Below are positions 13,422 to 24,332 of a stretch of DNA of 64,000 bases, in pieces. The notes beneath the pieces were generated by a model. It had not been told where the DNA came from and did no database searches. It worked only from the letters and a program-made list of their open reading frames with translations. The DNA is taken from the NCBI GenBank assembly GCA_043228905.1, contig JBHGNT010000022.1, positions 5,022,001 to 5,086,000 on the forward strand, given 5' to 3'. The position numbers and the translations under genes were made by a program. This DNA comes from Azolla caroliniana (taxonomy: Eukaryota; Plantae; Polypodiophyta). The first letter of the stretch is position 1. Every line of letters begins with the position of its first letter.

Positions 13422-14237
13422 TGTCGTGCCTTTCGGCTCCGGATCGTTGCGTGAGTCGGGTGGGAACCACAGAGGTCTTGGACTAGGAGAAAGAAGTTCG
13501 TGAGATAGAGATTAATTATGAATAAATAGCGAAGAGAAAGATAAGAAACTCGTGAATCACACGAGTATACTATATTAATTGGTACTTAGGGTGTTAAGAG
13601 AGAAGTAGATGTATAAATCGTGAATCCCACGAATAATTTTTTTTTATTGATTAATACTTAATCCAAATAATCAACAACCCTTTACATATTTCTCTCCTCC
13701 TTATATAAGGAAAGAAGAGCTAAGCATGGCTTCATGCTTCTTTTTTTTTTTTTATTACAAAAAGTGTTCATGTCCACTAAATGTGCATGTGATGCTTTTT
13801 TATTTCCTAAGTATAGGGCTCATGCATGCTAGATGTGCATGAGTTATTTTTAGTGTCTCGTGTTTTTCTTTTTCATATATTAAAAAATACACAATTTACC
13901 TTTTAATAAAGGTATGCATAAATAAAGGTCTTATACGTATTAAATCTATATTTAAAACACTTAAGATAAGTTAATGTAATGGTAAGGTTGGGGTTTGTCA
14001 ACGTGGAGGTGCAGAGTTCGAATCACGCCCTGCGCAATAGTGAGTATTTCCTTTTTTTACATTTATGTCTCTTTATCCGGCTCTTCCTTGCCGGTATGCC
14101 GTTTTCCTCCTTGCCGGTATGCCGTTTTTCCTCCTTGCCGGTATGCCGTTTTCTTCCGGTTCTCACCGAGCACTCCATTCTCTATCCGGAGGGACAAAAA
14201 TATAATTTCCACATAGTGTGCAACCTACACTACGACA
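13422..14237 (-). repeat. 3' LTR (816 bp) of gypsy-1
   Basis: TG...CA; three copies of a 23-bp unit CCTTGCCGGTATGCCGTTTTCCT at 14086-14155. Confidence 0.93.
13972..14058 (+). promoter_or_regulatory. tRNA-like Pol III A-box/B-box cassette with T7 run inside the gypsy LTR (antisense to the element); second copy at 20453-20539
   Basis: TAATGTAATGG (13972-13982, degenerate A box), AGTTCGAATC (14015-14024) at canonical tRNA spacing, T7 at 14052-14058. Confidence 0.6.
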
Positions 14238-17200
14238 CTCGCCCCCTCCAAACCCGCACATCCTCCGGTATGTGCCGAAGTTCTTGATTCTTCGTATCCG
14301 TCTTCATCCGAAGCTTCCTCCGATTCTCCCCTTATGTCGATTATGAGTTGTAATCCACTTTCTTCGCTTCCCGCATCATTGTGGTATTCGTCCGATTGCT
14401 CCTCGTTGTCGGCCTCGACTTGGATCACATAAGGTTTGTCGTCGGTCCGCTTCTTGAAAATCTTCACCCGCTTCCCGGCTATAGGCACTCGTAGTATTGT
14501 TCCATCCAACTCGGACAGTCGGTACGTCCCGTTGTCGAAGACCTTCCGAACCTCGTACGGCCCGAACCACCTTTTCGCGAATTTCCGCATCGTTGTATGT
14601 TGATGGTCCAAGCTACTATCATAGACGATCACCCAATCTCCTTCTTCAATCCTCCTCGGTCGTAGTCGGTGCTTTGTGTCGAACCGGCTTTTGTTCTGGA
14701 ACCGTGCTTCTTGTTGTCGGCGTGACGCTTCCGCTACATCTTTCGGTCTTCCCTCCAGTTGTCGTATCCGGACCGCTAGTAGTTCTTCCCGGCTCATCTC
14801 TTCCTTCCACGGTAGTATTGTCCATGTCGCGATTGCGGTTTCCGTTGGCATTACCGGTGCTTGTCCGGTCATGAGTTCTGCCGGCATGTAACCGGTCACG
14901 GAGCTATGCGTCGTCCGATCCGCCCACAGTGCATACGGAAGCATTTGTGGCCAATCCTTCACCCTTCCGTCGCATGCCTTCGCAAGTGCTTTCACGATCG
15001 GACTATGTCCTCGTTCGATCTTCCCGTTGGCCTCCGGATTGTAGGCCGTTGTCAACGTTAACCGAACTCCATGTTTGGCGAAGAATCCCCTAGCTTTGTC
15101 CGAGTCGAGTTCTCCCCGGTCCGCAATCACTTGTCCTACGCAGCCGTACCTACAAAACACTTCTTCCAAAAGAAATTGGCACACCGCGGCACACGTTTTC
15201 CTCCGAAGCGCTCGACCTTCAACTTGGTTTGTGAGATCTTCTCGAGCTAACACCAAGTATTTCTTTTGTCCAATCCCGGTCGGCATAGCTACAATGTCGA
15301 CCATCCACTTGAAGTTGATTGTCGGTGAGAATGTCGGATGCAGCTCATCTCGGTGTCGGACCCCGGAGTAGACTTGACATTTCTCGCAGCTTTCTGTGAA
15401 CTCCGCGACATCTTTATACATGTTCTTCCACCAATATCTTTGCTTGATTTTCACAAAAGTTGCCCATGTTCCTCGATGTCCAGCCCAATCGGATTCGTGG
15501 AACTCGGACATTATCCGGTTTCGTTGCTCTTTCGTCCCGACTACTCGAAGTGGTATCCCATCCGGTCTTTTCGGCGTCCTCCATATTAAACCGTTTTCCA
15601 AGAAGAACTTTTGGACTTGCCTCTTCTTCCTTCGGATCTCGGCTCTCCTTTCTTTATCATTGGTTGAATCCTCGACCTCTTGTAGCATCTTCCCGATCAT
15701 CAAGGTTTCCCCCTCGTATTCTTCTTCCCGGAATTCTCGGATCACGTTCACTCGGCATATGTGTTCTGACGTGAAGTAGTCTTCGGAAACTTCTTCATTA
15801 TCTGATTCGGTTATGTCGTCTTCAAACCGCGCCCTCGATAACATGTCCGCTACCGCGTTGTCCTTCCCCGAGATGTGTCGAACCTCCGGATTAAGTGACT
15901 TGACATATGCAATCCACCTTAGCATAGCCACATCCGGTATCGTACAACACCGCATCATCCCGAGTATCGGAAGACAATCCGTCTCGATCACCACTTCAGC
16001 TCCGATCAAATAATCCCGATCCGATTTTATCGCTGACACGACTCCCCACAATTCTCTTTTGACTTGTGCATATCCGCGTTGCCTTTCGTTGAGGACCTTT
16101 GCTCCAAATCGGATCGGATACCGCGAACCATCCGAGTCGGCTTGATTGATGACCCACCCGATACCGGTTGGACTTGTATCAACCGTTACTATGATTGGCC
16201 GCTCGTAGCTTGGCTTCTTAAGTGATTCCGCCCTCCATAGTGTCTTCTTGAGCTTCCTCATGGCTTTAGTGTGTTCCGGTTTCCACTTGAATTTCTTACC
16301 TTTCCGCAACAAGTGATAGAGCGGGTCCGCTATATGTGCATAGTGCGGAATCCATATGTGATAGAATGCACACGCACCCAGAAACCTTCGGACTTCCGAT
16401 GTTGACTCACATACTTCCTTCATAGCTTGAATCGCATCGACCTTTGTTGGTGACGGTCTTCGGCCGTAGGGTCCACATAGATGTCCGACCACCAATATTT
16501 CTTCTTGCCCGAATGCCGATTTCTCCCCGGAAAGTGTTAGGTGCACATCTTCTAGCTTTCGCAACACTTTCTCGCAATCATGAATATGGTCGACCACGAA
16601 CTTTCGGCATCCCCGATCATCCATAGTCTCATCTTTTTCTTCCACCGCGCATCCTTTCATCGGAATGTCATCTAGAAACGGCATCGTTATCTCCGGAATG
16701 CAATCTCGAAGCACCTTGTTCATCGCGTTCATCATATGTGCAACCGAGTTTGTCGCTCCTTGTGGTAGTGTGCACATTCGAACTAGTCCTATCGGTGTCC
16801 GCATGGTAGTGATGTCTCGGCTCTCCACGGCTAGTTGGAATTGGTCATACCCCGAGTATAGGTCCCCGATGGAGTATATCGCACGTCCGGCAAAAGCTTC
16901 CGCGAATTCGTCCACTATCGGACCGACTCCCGAGTTCCGGATCGTGACCTTGTTCACCGGTTGCAAGTCTTGGATGAATCGGAGTGACCCGTTCTTCTTC
17001 GGAACCGTAAACCATCGATTTGAGTACGGAGCACTTGATGGCTCTAGAATCCCCATCGCCACCTTCTCCTTGAGCAAGTCGATGACTTTCGGAATATGCG
17101 CCCGTGGCACCGGAATCGGCTTCAGGTTCCACGGTACATGATCAATCGTGAAAATCACCATCGGCTCCACTATCTTTGGATCAATGCATCCGATCTCCCT

Positions 17201-17692
17201 CGATGTGAACGCGAATGCTTTGCCGTGTTGCTCCAACATCTCTCGAAACCGTTTTTCTTCTTCTTGTAAGAGGAACCCACCTCCACCGATCCGAAGTTTC
17301 TTCCGGGTCTCATCTGTGAAGGCATGTCCGATATCCACGGACTTCCGAAGTGTCGGATCTCCCGAGACTTCTTTCTTCTTTTGTTCGCTATCGGCGGGTA
17401 GTGGTCCCGCGGCCGGTTTCACCTTCTTCTCCACGGTCTTGTATTTCGTACTTACCATTGCTTCTTCTTTGCGGAGCGCATCCGGCCCCATTTTCGCAAC
17501 GATCTCGTACATCTCGACCGATTCCACCGGGACTACCCGGTTCCCTTGGCTTTTATCTTCCGCAAGCTCTTCAAGCCGTTGTAGTGTATTCCCATAGAAC
17601 ACTTCCTCGATCACTCCCACGATTTCTTCGTCTTCTTTTATTATTGATGCCGACCGTAACTTATCCTCCACTTGTCGGTATTGTTTCTTCAT
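14225..17692 (-). CDS. pol: Gypsy pol (RT, RNase H, integrase); frame is open upstream and probably joined to gag-PR by a -1 frameshift
   Basis: 1155-aa uninterrupted ORF: LPQG...FLDD, VDTSPTGIG, HHCC zinc finger, DDE integrase. Confidence 0.93.
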   Translation of the reverse strand: MKKQYRQVEDKLRSASIIKEDEEIVGVIEEVFYGNTLQRLEELAEDKSQGNRVVPVESVEMYEIVAKMGPDALRKEEAMVSTKYKTVEKKVKPAAGPLPADSEQKKKEVSGDPTLRKSVDIGHAFTDETRKKLRIGGGGFLLQEEEKRFREMLEQHGKAFAFTSREIGCIDPKIVEPMVIFTIDHVPWNLKPIPVPRAHIPKVIDLLKEKVAMGILEPSSAPYSNRWFTVPKKNGSLRFIQDLQPVNKVTIRNSGVGPIVDEFAEAFAGRAIYSIGDLYSGYDQFQLAVESRDITTMRTPIGLVRMCTLPQGATNSVAHMMNAMNKVLRDCIPEITMPFLDDIPMKGCAVEEKDETMDDRGCRKFVVDHIHDCEKVLRKLEDVHLTLSGEKSAFGQEEILVVGHLCGPYGRRPSPTKVDAIQAMKEVCESTSEVRRFLGACAFYHIWIPHYAHIADPLYHLLRKGKKFKWKPEHTKAMRKLKKTLWRAESLKKPSYERPIIVTVDTSPTGIGWVINQADSDGSRYPIRFGAKVLNERQRGYAQVKRELWGVVSAIKSDRDYLIGAEVVIETDCLPILGMMRCCTIPDVAMLRWIAYVKSLNPEVRHISGKDNAVADMLSRARFEDDITESDNEEVSEDYFTSEHICRVNVIREFREEEYEGETLMIGKMLQEVEDSTNDKERRAEIRRKKRQVQKFFLENGLIWRTPKRPDGIPLRVVGTKEQRNRIMSEFHESDWAGHRGTWATFVKIKQRYWWKNMYKDVAEFTESCEKCQVYSGVRHRDELHPTFSPTINFKWMVDIVAMPTGIGQKKYLVLAREDLTNQVEGRALRRKTCAAVCQFLLEEVFCRYGCVGQVIADRGELDSDKARGFFAKHGVRLTLTTAYNPEANGKIERGHSPIVKALAKACDGRVKDWPQMLPYALWADRTTHSSVTGYMPAELMTGQAPVMPTETAIATWTILPWKEEMSREELLAVRIRQLEGRPKDVAEASRRQQEARFQNKSRFDTKHRLRPRRIEEGDWVIVYDSSLDHQHTTMRKFAKRWFGPYEVRKVFDNGTYRLSELDGTILRVPIAGKRVKIFKKRTDDKPYVIQVEADNEEQSDEYHNDAGSEESGLQLIIDIRGESEEASDEDGYEESRTSAHTGGCAGLEGASVVV

Positions 17693-17772
17693 TCCTCCGG
17701 TTACGGCCGTGTACGTAGATGCCCCATCCGGGCCGATTCGTACTTGTTTTGCTCCGAGAGTTTTCTTCCTGT

Positions 17773-17836
17773 GTGGGGTATCAGGGCTTCTCGGACTATC
17801 ACTTCCCCACTCCGCAACAGTCCGCTTTAAAAATCC
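17773..17836 (-). promoter_or_regulatory. Predicted -1 ribosomal frameshift signal (G GAU UUU plus H-type pseudoknot)
   Basis: Heptamer 17836-17830 directly before the gag stop; 5-nt spacer; 11-bp stem; loop GUGGGG complementary to downstream CCCCAC; the -1 frame reads into pol. Confidence 0.75.
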
Positions 17837-19866
17837 ATTCTCACTTGGGACAAGAGTTCCCTCTTGTTCCTTTCGTGATTTGCCGGCACCGTTAGGAATT
17901 GGACGGATTTCCCTCCGTTTTGGCTCCGAATTCGCGCAAAAGCCGCACCACTATCGAGCACCTTCGTCTCCATCCGTGAAGCCGTGATAAAGGGTTGGCC
18001 GAGGATGACAGAATGTGAAACCTCATCCTGCACAAAGAAATTTTGGTCAATTTCGACATCCCCGATCTTTACCGTCACATCCGGACAAGCCGCAAATAGG
18101 TCTTCTGTCGTTTTCGTGGCTGCCCGAATCTTCCATCCATGGTTGGTGTTTATAGGCCACTTCCCCTTTCGGTAGAACTCCTTGGACATCAAGTTGATCT
18201 CCGATCCGTGATCAATCAATGCTAGCACGGGTTCTTTGATGTTGCCGATTCGGACCGGAGTCTCCGTAGTCGCACGTGCCCAGTGTGGCCTTGTATAGTG
18301 GGAGTTCGGAATTTCGCCTTCCACTTCGGTGTCGTTCATTGAAATGGTATTTGCATTCACCCTTGGAGCATTTTCCTCCGTACTTTGTCTCTTCCTTTTC
18401 ACAAGATCCACGAGAAGATCGTGAAACTCCTTCTTCGCTATTCCGAGTAGTTCCCGCAGCGAAAAATCGACCCGGCTATCCAAGATTCTTTCCTCGAACA
18501 CTCTTTTCAAGTCGGTTTGTTGTTCTATGTCCGAGGCGAGCTTGAATGCCGGAGTCGCCTTTTCTTTTCCCTTACCTCCGGAGTTCCAGCTTTCCGGTAT
18601 CTTCGATGGTCCGGCCGCATCCTCCGTGCGCCGTCGTTTCTCGTCCACATACACCTCATGTAATTGACACAGGGCGTATATGCTATTCTTGTCGACGGGG
18701 CACTCCCATCCCGTAGCTTCCCGGACGCCTTCCGCGGTGTTTCGGATATCGTTGGAGTCGGTTTTCTCGGTGTTTCCTAGCACCTCCGGCCAGAAAGACG
18801 CCTTCGCTCCCGTTGACTCCCCGACACATATTCCCGCGGTTGTCGCATAGTTGCTTCTTGCCGCTAACTCCTCCTCGAGCACCTTCTTCATGCCGCCTTT
18901 CCGGAAGTTCGGTCGGAGTGGCTTCCGAGAGTCCATCGAATGAATCCGATTTCCCTCGTAGTAGATGAGATCCCGTCGTAGCGCCTCCTTATGGTCGTCG
19001 CAATCCCTCCGATCGTGTTCGGCGCTATCGCACCATATGCACCGTCGATCCGTATATTTGGAGCTTGTGGGGCGGTCATCCGACTTCTTCACCATCGCGA
19101 TCTTTAGATTCTCCATCTCCTTCAGCAGCTGCTCCACCGTAGACGCGTCGACTCCCTTCTCGGCCGTAATCTCCCGAGCCCTCGGTTGATGGTCTTCCAG
19201 TCCCGTTCTCGGTTTCGGAATCGGTTCCGAAACCCTCTTTTCTTCGTTGGCAAGCCATTGCCCCCTCTTCGTGTACCGCGCGACGATATTCCGCACGCTT
19301 TCCCATGTTTCGGTGAGGCCGCTTTCGGTGGTCGTGTCCTCAAGAAGCACTCCGAGATCTTTCCGGTCCCGGACGTCCACAGCTCGCAAAAACATGATGA
19401 CTTTGTCCGGTGCAAGAATAGTTTGATCTCTCGCGGACAACCTCCCGAACCGACTTTCGAATGTCGAAAACACTTCGAGGACCTTCAACCCCTTACCTGA
19501 CGTTTCCACCCAATCCTCGAATCCCCTCCGCGTTGCCTTGGAGGAGTCCTCGATGGCAAACGTGGTCTTTAACGCCTCTTCGAATGCTTCCCACGTCGGA
19601 TTTTGTTGTTGCAACCCGTGGATACTCCCTTGAAGCCCGTCGGTCGCCACCCGGTTAAAGGATGTCACTTGCAGTCCTTCCGAAGCCCGGCACCGGAGCA
19701 TCTCCGCCTTGTAGTCCTGCAAATATCGCGACACATCCTTACCATTAAATTGCCCGTTGCGTTGCACGAGCCGCTCTACTGATGCCGAAATCTCCGACAT
19801 CGTGCGTTGTTCTTGAAGCATCCGTTCGAACATCGCCATCATATTGTTAGCTTGTTGAGCCTCCAT
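17827..19866 (-). CDS. gag: Gypsy gag-protease
   Basis: First ATG after the PBS is at 19866; zinc knuckle CIWCDSAEHDRRDC; protease motif LIDHGSEIN and ILGQPF; no internal stops. Confidence 0.9.
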   Translation of the reverse strand: MEAQQANNMMAMFERMLQEQRTMSEISASVERLVQRNGQFNGKDVSRYLQDYKAEMLRCRASEGLQVTSFNRVATDGLQGSIHGLQQQNPTWEAFEEALKTTFAIEDSSKATRRGFEDWVETSGKGLKVLEVFSTFESRFGRLSARDQTILAPDKVIMFLRAVDVRDRKDLGVLLEDTTTESGLTETWESVRNIVARYTKRGQWLANEEKRVSEPIPKPRTGLEDHQPRAREITAEKGVDASTVEQLLKEMENLKIAMVKKSDDRPTSSKYTDRRCIWCDSAEHDRRDCDDHKEALRRDLIYYEGNRIHSMDSRKPLRPNFRKGGMKKVLEEELAARSNYATTAGICVGESTGAKASFWPEVLGNTEKTDSNDIRNTAEGVREATGWECPVDKNSIYALCQLHEVYVDEKRRRTEDAAGPSKIPESWNSGGKGKEKATPAFKLASDIEQQTDLKRVFEERILDSRVDFSLRELLGIAKKEFHDLLVDLVKRKRQSTEENAPRVNANTISMNDTEVEGEIPNSHYTRPHWARATTETPVRIGNIKEPVLALIDHGSEINLMSKEFYRKGKWPINTNHGWKIRAATKTTEDLFAACPDVTVKIGDVEIDQNFFVQDEVSHSVILGQPFITASRMETKVLDSGAAFARIRSQNGGKSVQFLTVPANHERNKRELLSQVRMDF

Positions 19867-19882
19867 CTCCTTGCCACCCGTC

Positions 19883-19900
19883 TTCACGTCGGGTTCACCA
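19883..19900 (-). promoter_or_regulatory. Primer binding site for tRNA-Trp
   Basis: TGGTGAACCCGACGTGAA, 4 nt from the 5' LTR. Complementary to the plant tRNA-Trp(CCA) 3' end as recalled (...TTCACGTCGGGTTCA-CCA). Confidence 0.85.
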
Positions 19901-19904
19901 ACTG

Positions 19905-20741
19905 TGTCGTGCCTTTCGGCTCCGGATCGTTGCGTGAGTCGGGTGGGAACCACAGAGGTCTTGGACTAGGAGAAAGAAGTTCGTGAGATAGAGATTAATT
20001 ATGAATAAATAGCGAAGAGAAAGATAAGAAACTCGTGAATCACACGAGTATACTATATTAATTGGTACTTAGGGTGTTAAGAGAGAAGTAGATGTATAAA
20101 TCGTGAATCCCACGAATAATTTTTTTTATTGATTAATACTTAATCCAAATAATCAACAACCCTTTACATATTTCTCTCCTCCTTATATAAGGAAAGAAGA
20201 GCTAAGCATGGCTTCATGCTTCTTTTTTTTTTTTTTTACAAAAAGTGTTCATGTCCACTAAATGTGCATGTGATGCTTTTTTATTTCCTAAGTATAGGGC
20301 TCATGCACGCTAGATGTGCATGAGTTATTTTTAGTGTCTCGTGTTTTTCTTTTTCATATATTAAAAAATACACAATTTACCTTTTAATAAAGGTATGCAT
20401 AAATAAAGGTCTTATACGTATTAAATCTATATTTAAAACACTTAAGATAAGTTAATGTAATGGTAAGGTTGGGGTTTGTCAACGTGGAGGTGCAGAGTTC
20501 GAATCACGCCCTGCGGAATAGTGAGTATTTCCTTTTTTTACATTTATGTCTCTTTATCCGGCTCTTCCTTGCCGGTATGCCGTTTTCTTCCTTGCCGGTA
20601 TGCCGTTTTCCTCCTTGCCGGTATGCCGTTTTTCCTCCTTGCCGGTATGCCGTTTTCTTCCGGTTCTCACCGAGCACTCCATTCTCTATCCGGAGGGACA
20701 AAAATATAATTTCCACATAGTGTGCAACCTACACTACGACA
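19905..20741 (-). repeat. 5' LTR (837 bp) of gypsy-1
   Basis: Near identical to the 3' LTR; four copies of the 23-bp unit. Confidence 0.93.
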
Positions 20742-23700
20742 GCGTTCTTCACATCCATCTGGTGAAGATGCCACCCCTTGCCGCAGCAACCGCCAGTACC
20801 ACACGAACTGTCGTCATCTTCGCCACAGGAGCGAAGGTCTCGTCGTAGTCGATTCCGTGGGTCTGCGCGTATCCCTTCGCCACTAACCGGGCTTTGTACC
20901 GGTTAACAGAACCGTCGGCGTTGTACTTGACCTTGTACACCCACTTGCATCCGATCAGTTTACACTGGCGGGGAGGATCAACTAGGTCCCAAGTTTCGTT
21001 GGCATCGAGTGCCCGCATTTCTTCGTCCATAGCGGCACGCCAATTTGCGTCCTTTGCCGCTTCTGCGTAGCTCTCCGGCTCACGCACTTCTGTCACCTTA
21101 GTCATGTACGCATAATGATGCGCCATGTATTCATTGTACTCGTACCGCATGACGGGATCCTTCTGGCGGGTTGATCGGCACAACGCACCGTCACCTGATT
21201 TGAGGCCCTTCTTGGTGAGTTCGGTCTTCGTTGCCGAAGATCCGCCTTTCTCCTTTCCGGAGTCGGATACGCACCGATCCGACTCATCGTTGCCGGTTTC
21301 GAATTCCGACATCTTCCTCTTCCCCTCCTCTTTGCGCGTGAACCATTTCCTCGGTTCCTTGCGCGGGGAGAGCATGGCAGAGTCTCCACCACTTGCCGTC
21401 TCTTCATCCGACTGGTCCATCCGACTCAGTCGCTCGTTCGGTCCACTCAACCGTAACGATTCCGGACTCTCATCTTTAGTCCCAGCTTCATCATCCTCTG
21501 CCAGGGCTGATTCAGGCTCACTGGCCTGATCTTCCGGCATTGGGTCGGGATTGGAAGTCGAAGTCAGTACGGAGTACCAGGATGCCGATTCATCGAACTC
21601 GACATCCCGGCTAACTCGGACTTCCTTCGTCCGGGGGTTATAGCACTTATACCCCTTTTGCTCTTGAGCATAGCCGACTAGGATGCATTTTTCCGATTTT
21701 GCATCCAGCTTTCTCCGCTTCTGATCCGGCACATGCACATACGCTATGCTGCCGAATATCCGAAGGTGTCTTAAGTTCGGCTTGCGCCCGAAATACAGCT
21801 CGTGAGCTGACACCTTGTCACCAATGCGGTTTTGTATGTAGACGGCCATCCGGACCGCCTCCGCCCAATAGAACCGGGGCATGCTCTTCTCCTCCAGCAT
21901 TGCCCTTGCCGCTTCGACGAGTGTCCAGTTCTTCCTTTCGGCCACACCGTTTTGCTTCGGTGTGTATCTGCAGCTGAACTCTCGCCGAATTCCCTTCTGC
22001 TGCAGATAACTGGTGAATTGGCCAGAAAAATATTCTTTTCCGCCATCCGACCGAAGGCATTTGATCTTCCTCTCCGATTCCCGTTCCACCATCTTCTAGA
22101 GGCTCCGGAAATAGTCGAAGACTTCGCTCTTCCGCTCAATGAGGTAGATCCAAGTATGTCGAGTATAGTCGTCGATGAAGGAGACGAAGTATCGGCTCCC
22201 GCCAAGGCTTACACTTTGTGCCGGTCCCCACACATCCGAATGGATGAGATCGAGCTTGTTATGGCTCCAGTTCCGTTCGGTGGGGAATGGAAGCCGGTGT
22301 TGCTTCCCAAGTTGGCAGGCTTCACAAATTTCGGCTCTCCGGCCGCTGAACTTCGGCAAACCGAAAATGACTTGTTTCGTTTGCAGGTCTTGAAGCCTCT
22401 GGTAGTTGACGTGGCCTATCCGCTTGTCCCACAGGTTGATGTCCGACTCGACCTTCTGTCGTTTCGCGAACAGAGCGGTGCCAAAGTCATTGGTGTTGAG
22501 GATAAACATCCTCCCGTCTCTGCGCCCTTGCGCAATGACTTCGCCCTCATCCTCAATGAAGCACCCGAGGTGCGTAAACCGCACCTGCATCCCCTGGTCG
22601 ACAATCTGACCGACGGACACCAGGTTCTTCGTGATTGTCCTCCCTTTCTGTCCGATGTGGCTTAGAGGGACTTCTCCGACGTGCACGATTGGGTGAGGAG
22701 TGTCGTCTCCAGTTTCGACTACTCCTGGTTGATCCGGTTTCTCCAGAAAGGAGAACCACTCTTTGTGGCTCGTCATGTGGTTCGACGCGCCGGAATCAAC
22801 ATACCACACTTCCTCCGTTTTGGAAGTGGTCTTCTTCATTGAGTTTGCCTTGTGATTCATCACCAAGGCTGGCCCCTTACCGGCCTTTCCGGTTCCGGAT
22901 CCTCCTGATCCGTTTGCGTAGTGCAAGTTTTGCCAGCCATCCTTACCGGTCTTGCCGGATTCGGATTTGTCTGAATCGGCACGCTTTCTCCAGCACTCGC
23001 TTTCCCTGTGGCCTTTTTTGCCACAGTACCAGCATTCCGTAGCGGATTTGTCTTGCCGGCCTCCGGCACTGCCTTGACTCCCCCTGCTTGTGGAAGTCCC
23101 GGAACTGCTGTCGGCACGCTCATAGTGCCTCCGTTCCTGCTCTTGCCGGCCGCCTCCATTGCGTGCCGACCCACCTCTTCCACCACACCCACGAAGCCGA
23201 TCCGTTCCCTTGTACAACATTCGGTTGTCCGGGGATGCACTGGTAGATGCACCGGCGTGGTTCTCCTCTACAAGGAGCATCGACTGTAAGTCGAAGAATG
23301 AGGGGGTATTCTCCCTTGTACACACCACAGTCTGGAACGCTCCGAACTTGGACGCCAGGCCTCCGAGACATACCTGCACCATCTCGTCTTCCTCTATGGT
23401 AACATTGATAGAGGCGAGCGAGTCATAGATCTCCTTTATCCGGCCCGTGTAGTCTGCCACGGACATGTTCTTCTGTCGAACATTGCTCAACTCCTATCTG
23501 AGTTGCAGCTTCCGGGCAATGGTGCTTGCGGCGAAAACCTTTTTCAGGTTCCCCCAAGCATCCTTCGGTGTCTTGGCGTCACGGATGTGGCTGAGCAGCT
23601 GATCGCCGACACTAGACGCGAAGCAGTACATCACTCTGCTTGCCGCTTGTTCCCATACCGGGAAGTCCTTGTGTGCCGAGTCGGGCGCCGCATCATTCGC

Positions 23701-23823
23701 TCCTTCGACATAACTCCAGTACCCGTGTCCAAGCAGGTACTAGTGCATCTTGTAAGACCAGGATGCGTAGTTGCTCCTGTCGAGCTTCTCCACCGGGAGC
23801 GACGTAGCCATGCCTCTATCCAT
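20742..23823 (-). pseudogene. Copia-2 gag-PR-IN-RT 5' part
   Basis: CWYCGKKGHRESEC, WYVDSGASNHM, HSDVWGP and KARLVAKGY motifs; a few stops and a small deletion. Confidence 0.9.
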
Positions 23824-23917
23824 GTCTTCTACTGTGTCTGTTTTCGACCTGTTAGGGTTTTCTTCTCAAGAGTAAATGTCTGCAGCAGAGGTTCTCAACC
23901 CTCGCGCTCTGATACCA

Positions 23918-23956
23918 TGTGAACGTAAGTGTTTGCGGAAGCGTAAAACAGAGAAC

Positions 23957-24007
<51 letters not shown>

Positions 24008-24332
24008 ACACAATTCCAAAATTATATCAAGACTCTATACACACACTGTGCTAAGTAGCACTATTTATACAAGTCCTCTTGGGACTGACAGAAGTATCAT
24101 GTACTTCAATGCTCACACGAGCATCTGACACTTATTACGAGACTATAGCTACCTAGTAGTCTATCCTATACTAGGCTTCCGATTGGACTTCCGGTTACGG
24201 ATTGCACCCGGCCTCCACTGCTTGCCGGTTCGGTTGCTTACCATCATACCGATCCGTTTCGCCCGATCCGTCTCGCTTACCGGCTCCGGCTTATTCAGTC
24301 GATCCGGCTCCGGTTGAGCTTGCCGCTCAACA
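23918..24332 (-). repeat. 5' LTR of copia-2
   Basis: Adjacent to the iMet PBS; has a longer (GA)n run than the 3' LTR. Confidence 0.93.

Larger units (their letters stand above)
13422..20741 (-). mobile_element. Ty3/gypsy non-chromovirus LTR retrotransposon (Phygy/Selgy-like), apparently intact
   Basis: LTRs at 13422-14237 and 19905-20741; 4-bp TSD GCGT; removing it restores copia RT MDVKNAFL; PBS complementary to tRNA-Trp; PPT 14238-14250; order RT-RH-IN; no chromodomain seen. Lineage name is inferred. Confidence 0.95.
11081..24332 (-). mobile_element. Ty1/copia LTR retrotransposon (copia-2) with a nested gypsy
   Basis: LTRs at 11081-11487 and 23918-24332, near identical; TSD ATTGT (11076-11080 / 24333-24337); iMet PBS 23906-23917; PPT 11488-11499. 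Confidence 0.95.

Noticed and set aside
13965-14040. Functional tRNA-Asp in the LTR
   Set aside because: Only the boxes and spacing are retained; the cloverleaf stems do not pair.
14376-23922. Many antisense or overlapping ORFs within the retroelements
   Set aside because: Shadow frames of GC-rich gag/pol with no independent motifs.
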